Source of the DNA: an uncultured virus (IMG/VR IMGVR_UViG_3300008116_000198)
Lineage: Duplodnaviria > Heunggongvirae > Uroviricota > Caudoviricetes
IMG/VR virus record: IMGVR_UViG_3300008116_000198
DNA length: 64,000 nt
Direction: 5' to 3' (one strand)
A model generated the notes under the pieces. It was not told the DNA's origin. It worked only from the letters and a program-made list of their open reading frames with translations, and searched no databases. Positions 39,869-50,497 of the stretch are shown piece by piece. A program made the position numbers and the translations under genes. Position 1 is the stretch's first letter; the number at the start of each line of letters is the position of its first letter.

Positions 39869-41179
39869 ATGGACGAAAATACATTCATAGACATATGGAA
39901 TGAGTGCTGTGAGTTCAATATTGAACAGAAGCCAGAGGAATATAGGCAGTTACTTGAACTGTTGGAATTAAAATGTAAAAAAGGAGCAGTGTTGGAAATA
40001 GGTTCCAACTATGGCGGAACTACGGTTGGATTTTGCAGAATGTTCAACAAAGTTATAACCATTGACATAAAACACGATCCAAACTTTGACAAGTTAAAAT
40101 CCAAGTATTCTGGATATCAGTATGTGTTGGGAGACTCCAAGAGTAATGACATGTTGGAGTATATCAAGAGTCTTGGCATCAAGTTTGATTTTATCTTCAT
40201 AGATGGCGATCATTCATATGAAGGCGTGAAAAACGATTATGAAAAATACAAGCAGTTTCTTGCTCATGATGGTTATATGGCATTTCATGACATTGTGTAT
40301 AGCCAAGAAAACGAAGCAAATAATTGCAGAGTAGATAAGCTATGGAATGAATTTGATTCGTATGGTTTGGAAAAGTATATGTTTATTTCGTCGGCAAAAA
40401 CTCATTCTTATCGTACAGACCAACTATTCTACACATTTGTCAACAATCGACCATATTCATCATGGGGAGGAATTGGTGTATTAAAGAACACTCCTGTAGC
40501 TGTGTTCTGTCACAATTATTTGGCAAATGGATGGATTGATATTGTGCAAAGTCAATTGAGCAAATTGATCAATTCTGGATTGTATAAGAGAGCGGACAAA
40601 ATTGTATATGGAGTATTGCCAACAGATGAAATGTCTTATTCTGCATTCTTGGCTATGATAAGACTTAGGGATGTTGACAAGAAAATTGAAATATATCGTT
40701 ACAGCAAAAACATGTATGAATATCCTACGCTCATACATCTTCAGAATTATTGTGCCAATAATCCAAACGCGCATGTTTTGTATTATCATGCCAAAGGTAC
40801 TTCACGCAAGTATGATACCAACATAGAATCTTGGCGCGAATGTCTTGAGTATTTCAATATAGAATTGTGGAGAAAGGCTGTGAATGATCTTAATATTGGC
40901 AACCATGATGTATGTGGAGCATTGTATGTTACTTGGTTTGCTTTCTTGGACAAAGTGTTTACAAACTATTATTCTGGTAATTTTTGGTGGTCTAGTGCAA
41001 AATATATAAACACATTGCCAAACTTGTCCGCCAAAATGATTGAATCAAAAATGGATAGAGATGTGCCAGAAAGATGGATTGGGTATGGAGCACATAGATG
41101 GGCAAACTATTATAACGAAAATGTGTCATCTTGGTATGAACATTATTTCGATCCCAATATTTATAGACAGGTAAAATAA
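39869..41179 (+). CDS. class I methyltransferase (Methyltransf_24-like) fused to a putative glycosyltransferase domain
   Basis: LEIGSNYGG, FIFIDGDHSYEGV and FHDI; C-terminal YYHAKG...YSGNFWW. Confidence 0.8.
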   Translation: MDENTFIDIWNECCEFNIEQKPEEYRQLLELLELKCKKGAVLEIGSNYGGTTVGFCRMFNKVITIDIKHDPNFDKLKSKYSGYQYVLGDSKSNDMLEYIKSLGIKFDFIFIDGDHSYEGVKNDYEKYKQFLAHDGYMAFHDIVYSQENEANNCRVDKLWNEFDSYGLEKYMFISSAKTHSYRTDQLFYTFVNNRPYSSWGGIGVLKNTPVAVFCHNYLANGWIDIVQSQLSKLINSGLYKRADKIVYGVLPTDEMSYSAFLAMIRLRDVDKKIEIYRYSKNMYEYPTLIHLQNYCANNPNAHVLYYHAKGTSRKYDTNIESWRECLEYFNIELWRKAVNDLNIGNHDVCGALYVTWFAFLDKVFTNYYSGNFWWSSAKYINTLPNLSAKMIESKMDRDVPERWIGYGAHRWANYYNENVSSWYEHYFDPNIYRQVK

Positions 41180-41182
41180 GTT

Positions 41183-41980
41183 ATGTACAAAGGTAAAAAG
41201 GTTATACTCACAACCACAGCGTGCAGACGCCCACAATTGCTGTATATGGCAATCAAGAGTTTTGGAGTATTTTGTACAGACAAAGATGTTATAGATGAAA
41301 TTTATTACTTGGACGATTCATCATCTCAAGAAGATCGTAATTTTGCCATAGAAACATATACAAAGTTTATTGGCAAACCTGTTATATTCAGATTTGTTGA
41401 GCGCGAAACATTTCCAGACAATTATAGACATGCCAGAATGCTCAATATCTGGAGAGAATGTGTTATTGAATCGAAAGCCGATTATGTGTTTCATCTTGAA
41501 GATGATCATCGCATGTATAACATGCTTACTATAGGCCAGCCTATTGATATCATGCAAAAATATCCAGAATATGCATACATCGGATATTGTCACAGTTGGA
41601 AACATTTTCCAAAAGGCATGGAGCCAAAAAGAGTAATTGGGGATTTTTGGGAAACTGTATATTTTGATGATCGTCCAATAAATGATCACTTGTTTATGGA
41701 TGACGCTATGGCTATGCAGACTGGTCCAGAATGGTGGATGTATTATATAAATTGGCCATATTTTTCATTGAGGCCGGGCGTGCATGATGCAAAAAAACTT
41801 TTATCGGTGGGAGAATTTTCAACGACATATGACCGCGAAAAAATGAGTGTAGAACTTGAATTCGCCATCCGTTGGAAAGATATGGGTTATAAAAGCATGA
41901 TGAGCAAGAATTTTACTTCACTTCATACTGGACAAAGTCCCGAACTTAGTGCATATAAGTTGAACGCATCTGCCAGATAA
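41183..41980 (+). CDS. GT2-like glycosyltransferase
   Basis: TTTACRR, LDDSS and FHLEDD. Confidence 0.7.
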   Translation: MYKGKKVILTTTACRRPQLLYMAIKSFGVFCTDKDVIDEIYYLDDSSSQEDRNFAIETYTKFIGKPVIFRFVERETFPDNYRHARMLNIWRECVIESKADYVFHLEDDHRMYNMLTIGQPIDIMQKYPEYAYIGYCHSWKHFPKGMEPKRVIGDFWETVYFDDRPINDHLFMDDAMAMQTGPEWWMYYINWPYFSLRPGVHDAKKLLSVGEFSTTYDREKMSVELEFAIRWKDMGYKSMMSKNFTSLHTGQSPELSAYKLNASAR

Positions 41981-41982
41981 AC

Positions 41983-43755
41983 ATGAGCAAACCAATCAGA
42001 CTAACTGTTATAATTCCTTGTTACAACTTTGAAAAGTATGTAACACAAGCTATCGATTCTGTGTTGAATCAGAATGTGAACTTTGGTATTGAAGTATTGA
42101 TTGTGGATGATAATTCTACTGATAATACTTTCAACATCATAAATCAAAAATATGGATCAAACAATTTGGTGAAGATACATCAGTCTCCAAAAAATCAAGG
42201 AATAACAAAGAATCTCAAGGACATGATGGATAAGGCGCTGGGCCAGTATCTGTATACAATGGACGGCGATGATTTCATCATTGATATGAATTATCTTCAA
42301 CGTGCGGTTGATTTTTTGGATAATAATCCAAAATATTCATTGGTATGTTCTGGCTACAAACTTTTATATAACGATGGAACGATGTATCCCACAGAGGACG
42401 ATCCTGCCGTATGGTCTGCTCCACGTGAAGACATATATCTCAATGATTTGCTCTCGGTGAATTATATTTCATTTGGCAGAGTATTTCGTAATTACAAGAA
42501 TATCATAAAGCCTTGGATGCACGATGAACTGCATGAAGATTGGACTATCAATGCGGAAATATTGAAGAACGGCCCAGCCAGATGTGACAAGAATTATACA
42601 GGAATTTACAGAATAACAAAAGCTGGTCGCATAACTTCCATGAGCGAAGGACAGGTACACGAGAAGAACAGAAAAACTATTGCCGCCATAAAGAGCAATC
42701 TTACACTGAAAACAATATCAATTGTTGATTCATTTGTACACAATGAAAATGTTAAAGTTAAGCTTGAGAGATGCATTAAATTTTTGAAAGAGGATGGGCA
42801 TGAAATTTTGCTGGTATCCAATACTCCTGTGGATAAGCATATTATACAAGATGTAAAATTTTTCATGTATGATAGCAGAAATCAACTATTCAAGCAGGAA
42901 TATGAGACAAAAAACACAGTTGATTTTTGGCGTGCATTGAATGGTAATTTGGAAGTACATGATATTGTTACCGCAGTGCAAAAGCACGGTCTCAGTGTTC
43001 TTATCAATCTATTCAATGCACTACATTATGCAAAACAACAGGGATATACACATTTTCAAAGATTTGAAGTCGATGATTTGTTTGGTGAAAAATCAAGATC
43101 TTGGATCAAGCGAGTTCCAACATATGTACTTGAAGAAGATAAACGAGGATTGATATATTACAATTATGAGAATTCTCCTTCTGATATTTCGTTTCACTAT
43201 TTCTTCTGTGAGATAGATTATTTTCTAAAGAAGATAAGCCGCATAACTTGTGAGGAAGATTATGTGAAGTATCTGCATGACTATTATGGTAACAAGGAAT
43301 TCAAGATTGTAGAAGTATTCATGTATGATCAATTAAAGAAGAATGGCGACAAGGAAATATTACAGAAGACTGGAAGAGAAATGAAGATTGATTTTTTCGA
43401 CACGAAATGGAACACAGAAACTTCCGTAAGTAATTTTGAAACAACATTCTTTGGCTGCACCACCAAGGTGTATGAAGCTAGAAATTGGAATTCTGTGGCC
43501 AGAGAGTTCAATAAGAGGGACGATTATGTGTTGGTAACATATTCATACAATGATACACCTATAAAACGCATAATTGATGTTGAAAAACATGATGGTACCA
43601 GAGAAACAATCGAGCAGTCTGTACATGCAGCTGGTAGTTGGGTATGGCATGTTCTGTCGCCAAATTCAAAAGCAGTTTCAGTTTATCAAGACGGTAATCT
43701 ATTATACAATCAACAAATAAAAAATCTTGAATCTTGGGCTGGATTCAGAAGCTAA
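41983..43755 (+). CDS. GT2 glycosyltransferase with an additional C-terminal domain
   Basis: VIIPCYN, VDDNSTDNT and MDGDD. Confidence 0.85.
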   Translation: MSKPIRLTVIIPCYNFEKYVTQAIDSVLNQNVNFGIEVLIVDDNSTDNTFNIINQKYGSNNLVKIHQSPKNQGITKNLKDMMDKALGQYLYTMDGDDFIIDMNYLQRAVDFLDNNPKYSLVCSGYKLLYNDGTMYPTEDDPAVWSAPREDIYLNDLLSVNYISFGRVFRNYKNIIKPWMHDELHEDWTINAEILKNGPARCDKNYTGIYRITKAGRITSMSEGQVHEKNRKTIAAIKSNLTLKTISIVDSFVHNENVKVKLERCIKFLKEDGHEILLVSNTPVDKHIIQDVKFFMYDSRNQLFKQEYETKNTVDFWRALNGNLEVHDIVTAVQKHGLSVLINLFNALHYAKQQGYTHFQRFEVDDLFGEKSRSWIKRVPTYVLEEDKRGLIYYNYENSPSDISFHYFFCEIDYFLKKISRITCEEDYVKYLHDYYGNKEFKIVEVFMYDQLKKNGDKEILQKTGREMKIDFFDTKWNTETSVSNFETTFFGCTTKVYEARNWNSVAREFNKRDDYVLVTYSYNDTPIKRIIDVEKHDGTRETIEQSVHAAGSWVWHVLSPNSKAVSVYQDGNLLYNQQIKNLESWAGFRS

Positions 43756-43759
43756 CAAT

Positions 43760-45883
43760 ATGAAAGTAATTAATGTAAATCCGGGCATACTTCCCATTCC
43801 ACCAAATGGATGGGGCGCAATCGAAAAAATCATATGGGATTATCATCTCCAACTGCAAAAAATTGGAGTACACAGTGAGATAAAATACCTTAACGAAATC
43901 GAATATGACGATAGCACAATTGTACACGTACATGTGGCAAATTTGGCTAACATGTTTCACGAGAAAGGTGTACCTTATATTTTTACTATCCATGACCATC
44001 ATGCATATGTTTATGGAAAAGATTCTCCAGTATTCAAAGAAAACTTAAAAGCCATAGAAAACAGTGTATTTTCATTATCACCATGCAAATATTTGCTTCC
44101 ATATTTTGGTAGCAAAAAACTAAGATATTTTAGTCATGCTGTAAATACCGATGTTTTTACATTCAATAATCGTCATAGACACAATCCACTGAAATTGCTT
44201 TGTGTAGCTAATAATGGATATGCATATAACCAAAGTGTGGATAGAAAGGGATTTGGAATTGCAATACAAGCAGCAAAAGAATTAGGTCTTCCAATCACAA
44301 TTGCTGGGCCAAAAAATAATGACAACTTTTTCAAGACCCTTGACCCAGAACTAAACAACTATTCCAAGCTAACAAAACTGTATGATTTGGATGAAAAATG
44401 GTTGGTAAATTTGTACAACGAAAACGATCTGTTCCTTCATTTCTCTGAATTGGAAGCTGGACATCCGAATCTAACATTATTGGAAGCAATGGCGTGTGGT
44501 CTTCCGGTTGTTGGAACTTTTGAGGAAAAAGAGTATGATGGCATGGTAGTTTCCGAAAGAAAATTTGAAAATGCCATAGAATCAATTAAATATGCTGATC
44601 AAAATTATGATTTATTGAGAAATCATGCATTAAGCAATGCAAATAAAAATTCATACGCTAACAGAGTACATGGTTTGGTCAAACTATACAGTGAATATAG
44701 AGAGCGTATTTTCAGCAAGCAACTTGAAGTTGCATACAGTAACACCAAGATAACATATACTGAAGCGAAAAATAGAATCAAAGTAACATTTGATGACGGT
44801 GCAAAAGTTGATATATCTGGTGCAGTTCAGAAAAAATACAGAGTAAAATTCATAGATGGTCTTACCAACATGGTTGTATATCAAACTGATATATACAACA
44901 ACATGTGGGCCACTACAAATACCAAGTACTACAACAAGTGGTTGGTAGAAGTGTTTGATATCACCGACGGCATTGAAGTGTTGGAATATTCCGAGGCAAT
45001 GGATCTAAAGAATCGCACAGTAAAAGTTGTATTCGACAGTGAAAGTTTGGGAGATATTCTTGCGTGGATCGGCGCCGTCGATGAATTTCAAAATAAACAT
45101 CAATGCAAGATGTATTGTGTGATATTCAACAAGTACTTGCGTGCTTTACTTGAAAAAAATTATTCAAACATAAAATTTTTGGCTGTTGATGTTTACGCCG
45201 AAGAATATTATGCAAAGTATAAGATAGGATGTTTTGATTCAAATGGATATCATCCATATATTCCAAAGGATCCGCGCACATTGAATTTGTGTTCAATTGC
45301 AAATTGTATTTTAGGTTTAACAGATGTTGAACATAAACCAAAGCTGAATATTGACAGAAAGAAATACAGTAAAAATAAGAAATATGTATGTATTGCTGTG
45401 CAAAGTACATGTCAGGCAAAATACTGGAACAATAAGAATGGTTGGAACAATGTGGTCAAATATCTTAAATCTCAAGGATATGAAGTATGGTGTATAGACA
45501 GATTCAACAGCTTTGGCACCAAAGATAATATGAATTATATACCAGACGGTTGCATTGATAAGACCGGAGACTTTCCGTTGGAAGAACGCATGGCTCAGTT
45601 GGCTGGTGCAAAATTTTTCATTGGACTAAGTTCTGGTCTTTCGTGGGTGGCGTGGGCGGTAGGTGTGCCAGTTGTAATGATTAGTGGATTTACAAAGGCA
45701 TATAATGAGTTCTATACGCCGCATCGTATCATAAATGAAAATGTATGCAATGGCTGTTGGAACGACGTTAATGTGAAGTTTGACCGCTCTGATTGGTTAT
45801 GGTGTCCATATAACAAGAACTTTGAATGTTCTACTCAAATATCTGTGGATAGAGTGCTGTCTGAAGTTAAAAAGTTGATATAA
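43760..45883 (+). CDS. GT4 domain fused to a TibC/Aah-like autotransporter heptosyltransferase domain
   Basis: PPNGWGAIE and EAGHPNLTLLEAMACGLPV; SLGDILAW, FFIGLSSGLSW and CNGCWN...WCP...FEC cysteine cluster. Confidence 0.85.
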   Translation: MKVINVNPGILPIPPNGWGAIEKIIWDYHLQLQKIGVHSEIKYLNEIEYDDSTIVHVHVANLANMFHEKGVPYIFTIHDHHAYVYGKDSPVFKENLKAIENSVFSLSPCKYLLPYFGSKKLRYFSHAVNTDVFTFNNRHRHNPLKLLCVANNGYAYNQSVDRKGFGIAIQAAKELGLPITIAGPKNNDNFFKTLDPELNNYSKLTKLYDLDEKWLVNLYNENDLFLHFSELEAGHPNLTLLEAMACGLPVVGTFEEKEYDGMVVSERKFENAIESIKYADQNYDLLRNHALSNANKNSYANRVHGLVKLYSEYRERIFSKQLEVAYSNTKITYTEAKNRIKVTFDDGAKVDISGAVQKKYRVKFIDGLTNMVVYQTDIYNNMWATTNTKYYNKWLVEVFDITDGIEVLEYSEAMDLKNRTVKVVFDSESLGDILAWIGAVDEFQNKHQCKMYCVIFNKYLRALLEKNYSNIKFLAVDVYAEEYYAKYKIGCFDSNGYHPYIPKDPRTLNLCSIANCILGLTDVEHKPKLNIDRKKYSKNKKYVCIAVQSTCQAKYWNNKNGWNNVVKYLKSQGYEVWCIDRFNSFGTKDNMNYIPDGCIDKTGDFPLEERMAQLAGAKFFIGLSSGLSWVAWAVGVPVVMISGFTKAYNEFYTPHRIINENVCNGCWNDVNVKFDRSDWLWCPYNKNFECSTQISVDRVLSEVKKLI

Positions 45884-45898
45884 AAACCCATTGATATA

Positions 45899-45906
45899 TA
45901 TTTATA
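45899..45906 (+). promoter_or_regulatory. TATTTATA putative late promoter
   Basis: Ends 4 nt before ATG 45911. Confidence 0.6.
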
Positions 45907-45910
45907 TCAT

Positions 45911-48900
45911 ATGGACATTTCTATAACCAATCTCAAAAAGTATGTTTTTGAGCCTAAGACAGAGTCTTTGCGACTAAAGCGTGCCAATGAGATATTGGGG
46001 CAGGGAATGATTGCTACGGAAAAAGTGGATGGCACAAAACTTACTCTTGTTCGTACTAATCAGACTGATCCGAATGATTATACCAAGAATTGGGTTGTAG
46101 CATATAAGGGAACTGTATTATATCCAAAAGAGTTTGCATACCTTACTCCACAGGGAAAAAAAGATATATCTCAATCATCTGTTGGTATAGGCCAATATGC
46201 TTTGATTTTTGATCATTTGGAAAAAATCAATAACAAGATTGCTAGTATTCCAAAAAGCACGGAGTTCAGTGTTGAATTTGCGCAGAACAAGGATACTCTC
46301 ACAAGAACATATGTTCAGAAAGGTGGAATGTTCTTAAGAAGTTATGGTGAGGTGTCATATCGTATTGTTGGTGGTGGGTTGAATACTGTTCCGAAACAAG
46401 AGATCACAGACTATACCAACGTAAAAAGAATGGCAGATCTTTTGGAAATTAGCGCGTTTCCTATTTTCTTTCAGGGCAAAATAACAAGAGAAAATGTAGC
46501 AAAATATCCATCAATTGCGCCAAAAATGATGAGCGCCGATTGGAATAATCCATTGGATGTGTTAACCAAGTTTTCTGATGCTATGCTGTCTATACCATCT
46601 ACTCTTGGTGGTACAACGGAGGGCGTGGTACTGAAACTTGATAATGGAAGCTTTTACAAAATTGTTCAAGCTGACCAATATAGCTCTGATGTAAGAGGTG
46701 CTAAGAAAGATTTGTATAAACTTGAGCCAGAAGCGGCCACATCATATTTCCAACAGATCAGAGCACTTATTCAAAAAGTATTTGATACCATTGGCACGGA
46801 TGGAAAGACAGAAGAAGATATCATATCCGACACAAACTTTTACATTGCCAAAAATGAAAAAAGCTTGGCTAAATTTTTTGATGCATTGCAGAAGATTGCT
46901 GGAAACAAAAAGAACCTCGTACAGATCAAGGATGATATTCACGACACTGTTCGTCTTATGACTTCAAAGCAGGAACTCCTTGGGTCAAAAACAAAATCAA
47001 TCGCGCTTCTTCCTATTGCTGGCAAACCACTACACATTGGACATTGGAAACTGATTGAAAAGGCGGCAAATGAAAATGATAATGTTGTGGTCTATACATC
47101 AACAACCGACCGTGTGCGTAAAGGAGAATTTCCGATATATGGCGATGATTTTGTGCAGATATGGAGTGATATGCTCATTCCATCATTGCCAAAGAATGTA
47201 AAAGTGAAATTTGTTGATTCTCCATTAAGATCTGTCATGCATGAACTTGGATGGTTTGAACAAAGACTTACTCAAGACGCTGCAAATGTACCAGTCATTA
47301 ATCTATATTCAGACAAAGAGGATATTGAAACAAATTTCAAGCAAGAAGATCTGAACAAGTATCCAGAATTATTGAAAGCTGGAAAGATCAATAAAGTTGG
47401 CGTAGAAAGAACAAGTACGGTCAATGTCAGCGGCACAAAGATGAGAGAATTCTTGCAGAACAATGACAAGGACTCCTTCATGAAATATTTACCTCCTATA
47501 TCAACCAAGGATAAAGAACAAATATGGAATATTCTTTCATCTCGCAGACCAAGTGATCTTGCTGAAATAAATCCATACGCTGTATTGGCTGAAAAACTGA
47601 TTAATGAAGTTGCAAATGAAATATTGAATGAAGGCGGATGGAGAAATCCAGAGACACAAGAATGGGAAGTTACACCAAAGATGGTGGCAAAGATCGTGGA
47701 AGACACTAACAAATTTTTGAATGATTTCAATGCATGGTCTGGATTATCCAAGTTGTCAACCAAAGGTCCGACAGGAAGTGGAAAATATTACAAGAACGAC
47801 TTGAATGATCCAAGTATAACTTATGGAGATATTGATATTCAACTTGTATTGCCCGTTGAAAGCAATGAAAGAAAAAATCAATTAGAAGCCAATAAAATTT
47901 TTGGAGACAAGATCCGTGAGTTCATAAAGACCAAAAAACCAAGCTATATTCACGACGCAACAAATGATCCAGATTTTGGAATTGGATACTTGATATTCAA
48001 TGTGGATGGTAAAAAAGTTCAAGTTGATCTTGTACTATCATATACTGTTTCAGCTGATTGGACGAGTGTAAGAACAACGCCAGAAAAAGGATTGAAGGGA
48101 TTTGTCACAGGAATGATGTTAAGTGCATTGAGTGACACATTGAATGTTGTTCTTGGGTCAAGCACCAATCCGTATATCAACACTGTTGATGGAAAGGTTG
48201 TATCATCCTCAATCAAGAAAGATGCTGTGCAAAAATTCCTAAAGCCAAATGAAGTATTTGCCGAGATTGTACGATTTTATGGTGAAATGGCGGACATTGA
48301 AAACCCAGACTTATCTTTATTGGTTGGTTATATGGGCCTTGATGCCAACGACCCTTCATTAAAAAAGAAATGCCAAACCGTGGTTGCTTTGGCAAATACA
48401 CTTGAAAAGAATGGAATATTTGACGCTGGAGTCATAACCTCCAAGGATGGTATAACAATCAAAAGCAGAAAACAATTTGTTGATCGCGTAAGAACCACAT
48501 ACATCGATATGATGCAGCGAGCAAAAACAGCCAAAAAACTTGAAAAAGCACAAACACCAAGCGCCATGAGAACAATAGAAAAAATAAAAAATCATGCTGA
48601 TCTGGGAATACAGATGGCAAACGAACTTATTAAAGAACATTATACACTTCTGATGGAATCTGGTAAATCCATAGCCGCCGTGGACCCAAAAACGCCAAAG
48701 ATGGTAAATGGTCAGCCAGCACAGGCAACAACCAAATTAAGAATTGTTGATCCGCAGGGCAAGGATGTGCATTCAGCAGTGTCAAAGGACATCAAGGAAC
48801 TTGTGTATGTATTGAATGCCAAGGTCGGTTTTTGGAAAAAGAATAATCCGTACATTGAAAATGGATTTATATTCAATGGTAGTTCACAATTTCTAATGGA

Positions 48901-49813
48901 TCCAAACAAGTTTGGTGTGTTGAGCAAATACAAAGATTCTTTTGGTGACATAGATGTTATCATTCCAAAATCAAAATTGGATGCTTTGACATCATTTTTG
49001 GACAGCATTGATGACAATAAAGCTGATTGGAATCCGACAACTCAAAACAGATTGTCTAGTAAGTTTTATTATGTTGGACGCACGAAGAGTTATGCATCCA
49101 TTCCAGATCAACTTGTAACACTTTGGTATTATGATCCAATGAAGCAAGTTGTTCAAGTGGACTTTGAAGGTGATGAAATGTTTCTTGATCCGCAAGGATA
49201 TGAAAAGCCAAGCGAGTGGACAAAATTCAGCAAAGATTCTCCGTGGGAAGATTTGACCGTAGGTATCAAGGGATTGGCTGGGGCATTAATGCTTCGCTCA
49301 TTAGCAAGAGCAACAACAGTATTACCAAATGCAGTTGTGTTGACGCCGGGCGCAGTCAAGAAAGTTCAGTCTGGTGCAGTCAAGGAACTTACCGATAAGG
49401 AAGTTACTAAAGCAGCACAGCACAGTATTCCATCTGCATACACATTAAATACTGGCGGTGGTGGTACTGGTATACGTAAGGCATACGAATTAGTAAAGAC
49501 AATGCCATATAATGGGAAGATGGTTGATGCATATAGATTTGTGGAAGCCAAAGAAACAAAACCAGAAGACAGAATCACGGATGTTGGCAGAATATTTGAA
49601 ATATTGTTCAAAAAGAAAGCATCGCCTGAAGAAAGAGCTGAATTTCGCAGCTATCAGGGACTGTTAAGACTAATGAAGAAATATTTGGACAAGAAAACCA
49701 TCGACATTGCTATGAATAGATTCACGGAAGTTTTGGCTGGCGAAGGTTTAAATCCAAAGGAATATGCTTCTGTGCAAAAGGCTACGAAAGATATTCTTGG
49801 ATTGTCTATATAA
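45911..49813 (+). CDS. multi-domain nucleotidyltransferase: ligase-like KxDG domain, HIGH-type domain and two Pol-beta-like domains
   Basis: TEKVDGT/EGVVLK/YKIV; KPLHIGH/VSGTKMR; TGSG..GDIDI..QVDL; NGSS..GDIDV..QVDF. Confidence 0.75.
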   Translation: MDISITNLKKYVFEPKTESLRLKRANEILGQGMIATEKVDGTKLTLVRTNQTDPNDYTKNWVVAYKGTVLYPKEFAYLTPQGKKDISQSSVGIGQYALIFDHLEKINNKIASIPKSTEFSVEFAQNKDTLTRTYVQKGGMFLRSYGEVSYRIVGGGLNTVPKQEITDYTNVKRMADLLEISAFPIFFQGKITRENVAKYPSIAPKMMSADWNNPLDVLTKFSDAMLSIPSTLGGTTEGVVLKLDNGSFYKIVQADQYSSDVRGAKKDLYKLEPEAATSYFQQIRALIQKVFDTIGTDGKTEEDIISDTNFYIAKNEKSLAKFFDALQKIAGNKKNLVQIKDDIHDTVRLMTSKQELLGSKTKSIALLPIAGKPLHIGHWKLIEKAANENDNVVVYTSTTDRVRKGEFPIYGDDFVQIWSDMLIPSLPKNVKVKFVDSPLRSVMHELGWFEQRLTQDAANVPVINLYSDKEDIETNFKQEDLNKYPELLKAGKINKVGVERTSTVNVSGTKMREFLQNNDKDSFMKYLPPISTKDKEQIWNILSSRRPSDLAEINPYAVLAEKLINEVANEILNEGGWRNPETQEWEVTPKMVAKIVEDTNKFLNDFNAWSGLSKLSTKGPTGSGKYYKNDLNDPSITYGDIDIQLVLPVESNERKNQLEANKIFGDKIREFIKTKKPSYIHDATNDPDFGIGYLIFNVDGKKVQVDLVLSYTVSADWTSVRTTPEKGLKGFVTGMMLSALSDTLNVVLGSSTNPYINTVDGKVVSSSIKKDAVQKFLKPNEVFAEIVRFYGEMADIENPDLSLLVGYMGLDANDPSLKKKCQTVVALANTLEKNGIFDAGVITSKDGITIKSRKQFVDRVRTTYIDMMQRAKTAKKLEKAQTPSAMRTIEKIKNHADLGIQMANELIKEHYTLLMESGKSIAAVDPKTPKMVNGQPAQATTKLRIVDPQGKDVHSAVSKDIKELVYVLNAKVGFWKKNNPYIENGFIFNGSSQFLMDPNKFGVLSKYKDSFGDIDVIIPKSKLDALTSFLDSIDDNKADWNPTTQNRLSSKFYYVGRTKSYASIPDQLVTLWYYDPMKQVVQVDFEGDEMFLDPQGYEKPSEWTKFSKDSPWEDLTVGIKGLAGALMLRSLARATTVLPNAVVLTPGAVKKVQSGAVKELTDKEVTKAAQHSIPSAYTLNTGGGGTGIRKAYELVKTMPYNGKMVDAYRFVEAKETKPEDRITDVGRIFEILFKKKASPEERAEFRSYQGLLRLMKKYLDKKTIDIAMNRFTEVLAGEGLNPKEYASVQKATKDILGLSI

Positions 49814-49873
49814 TAAAATACGCGGCAACCTATTATGAACTTTGCCGCATATATATCTTAAAGGTTTTATAAT

Positions 49874-50497
49874 ATGAAGAAAAATATAGATATTGTCAGA
49901 GATTATTTGAACGGTGAACGCCCTGTGATACAGGTTGGATATCGTGGTGATATGGACAAATATATCATCAGAAAAGTTGGAGAACGTTGGACTGATTCCA
50001 GTGGAAAAGAATGGGAACAAAAAGATTATGGACCCGTTGCCGTGACGAGAGTTTCGGATATTATCCGCGAGGAAATGAATGATAAATGTGTATGTTGTAA
50101 GAAAGAAATAAGATGGGGAACAAGACAAGATCGTAAAATGTATTATCGTACAAAGAAATGTTTGGATTGTGTTGTGGAAGAAGAAACTCAATTAAAAATC
50201 AAAGGAAAATACAAATTGTACGAAACCAAGAAACTGCTTGAGAATGAACTATCGTATTTAAATGATATTCGACAGAAGCTAAAAGAGAGCAAGGATTATC
50301 TTGAAAGTGAAGATTCAAAGACCCTTACATGGGCAAATTCAACAGGTATGGTTGAAGAATGGAGTAATGAAGCAAGAGGAGAATTACTTGAAAACGTCAA
50401 AAAAGATTTTGTGACTTGTTTGAAAAAAATAAAAGCGGCTGAAAAGGAGTTGAAGAAAGTAGATGGAGAAATTAGCAAAGTTCTTACCCCAAGCTGA
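49874..50497 (+). CDS. hypothetical protein with CxxC-type cysteine pairs
   Basis: RKVGERWTD, CVCCK...CLDC and a coiled-coil C-terminus. Confidence 0.75.
   Translation: MKKNIDIVRDYLNGERPVIQVGYRGDMDKYIIRKVGERWTDSSGKEWEQKDYGPVAVTRVSDIIREEMNDKCVCCKKEIRWGTRQDRKMYYRTKKCLDCVVEEETQLKIKGKYKLYETKKLLENELSYLNDIRQKLKESKDYLESEDSKTLTWANSTGMVEEWSNEARGELLENVKKDFVTCLKKIKAAEKELKKVDGEISKVLTPS

Noticed and set aside
47765..47790. P-loop NTPase (GPTGSGKY) in the 1300-aa protein
   Set aside because: It resembles Walker A but lacks the S/T after K and any Walker B; the downstream GDID and QVD fit a Pol-beta nucleotidyltransferase better
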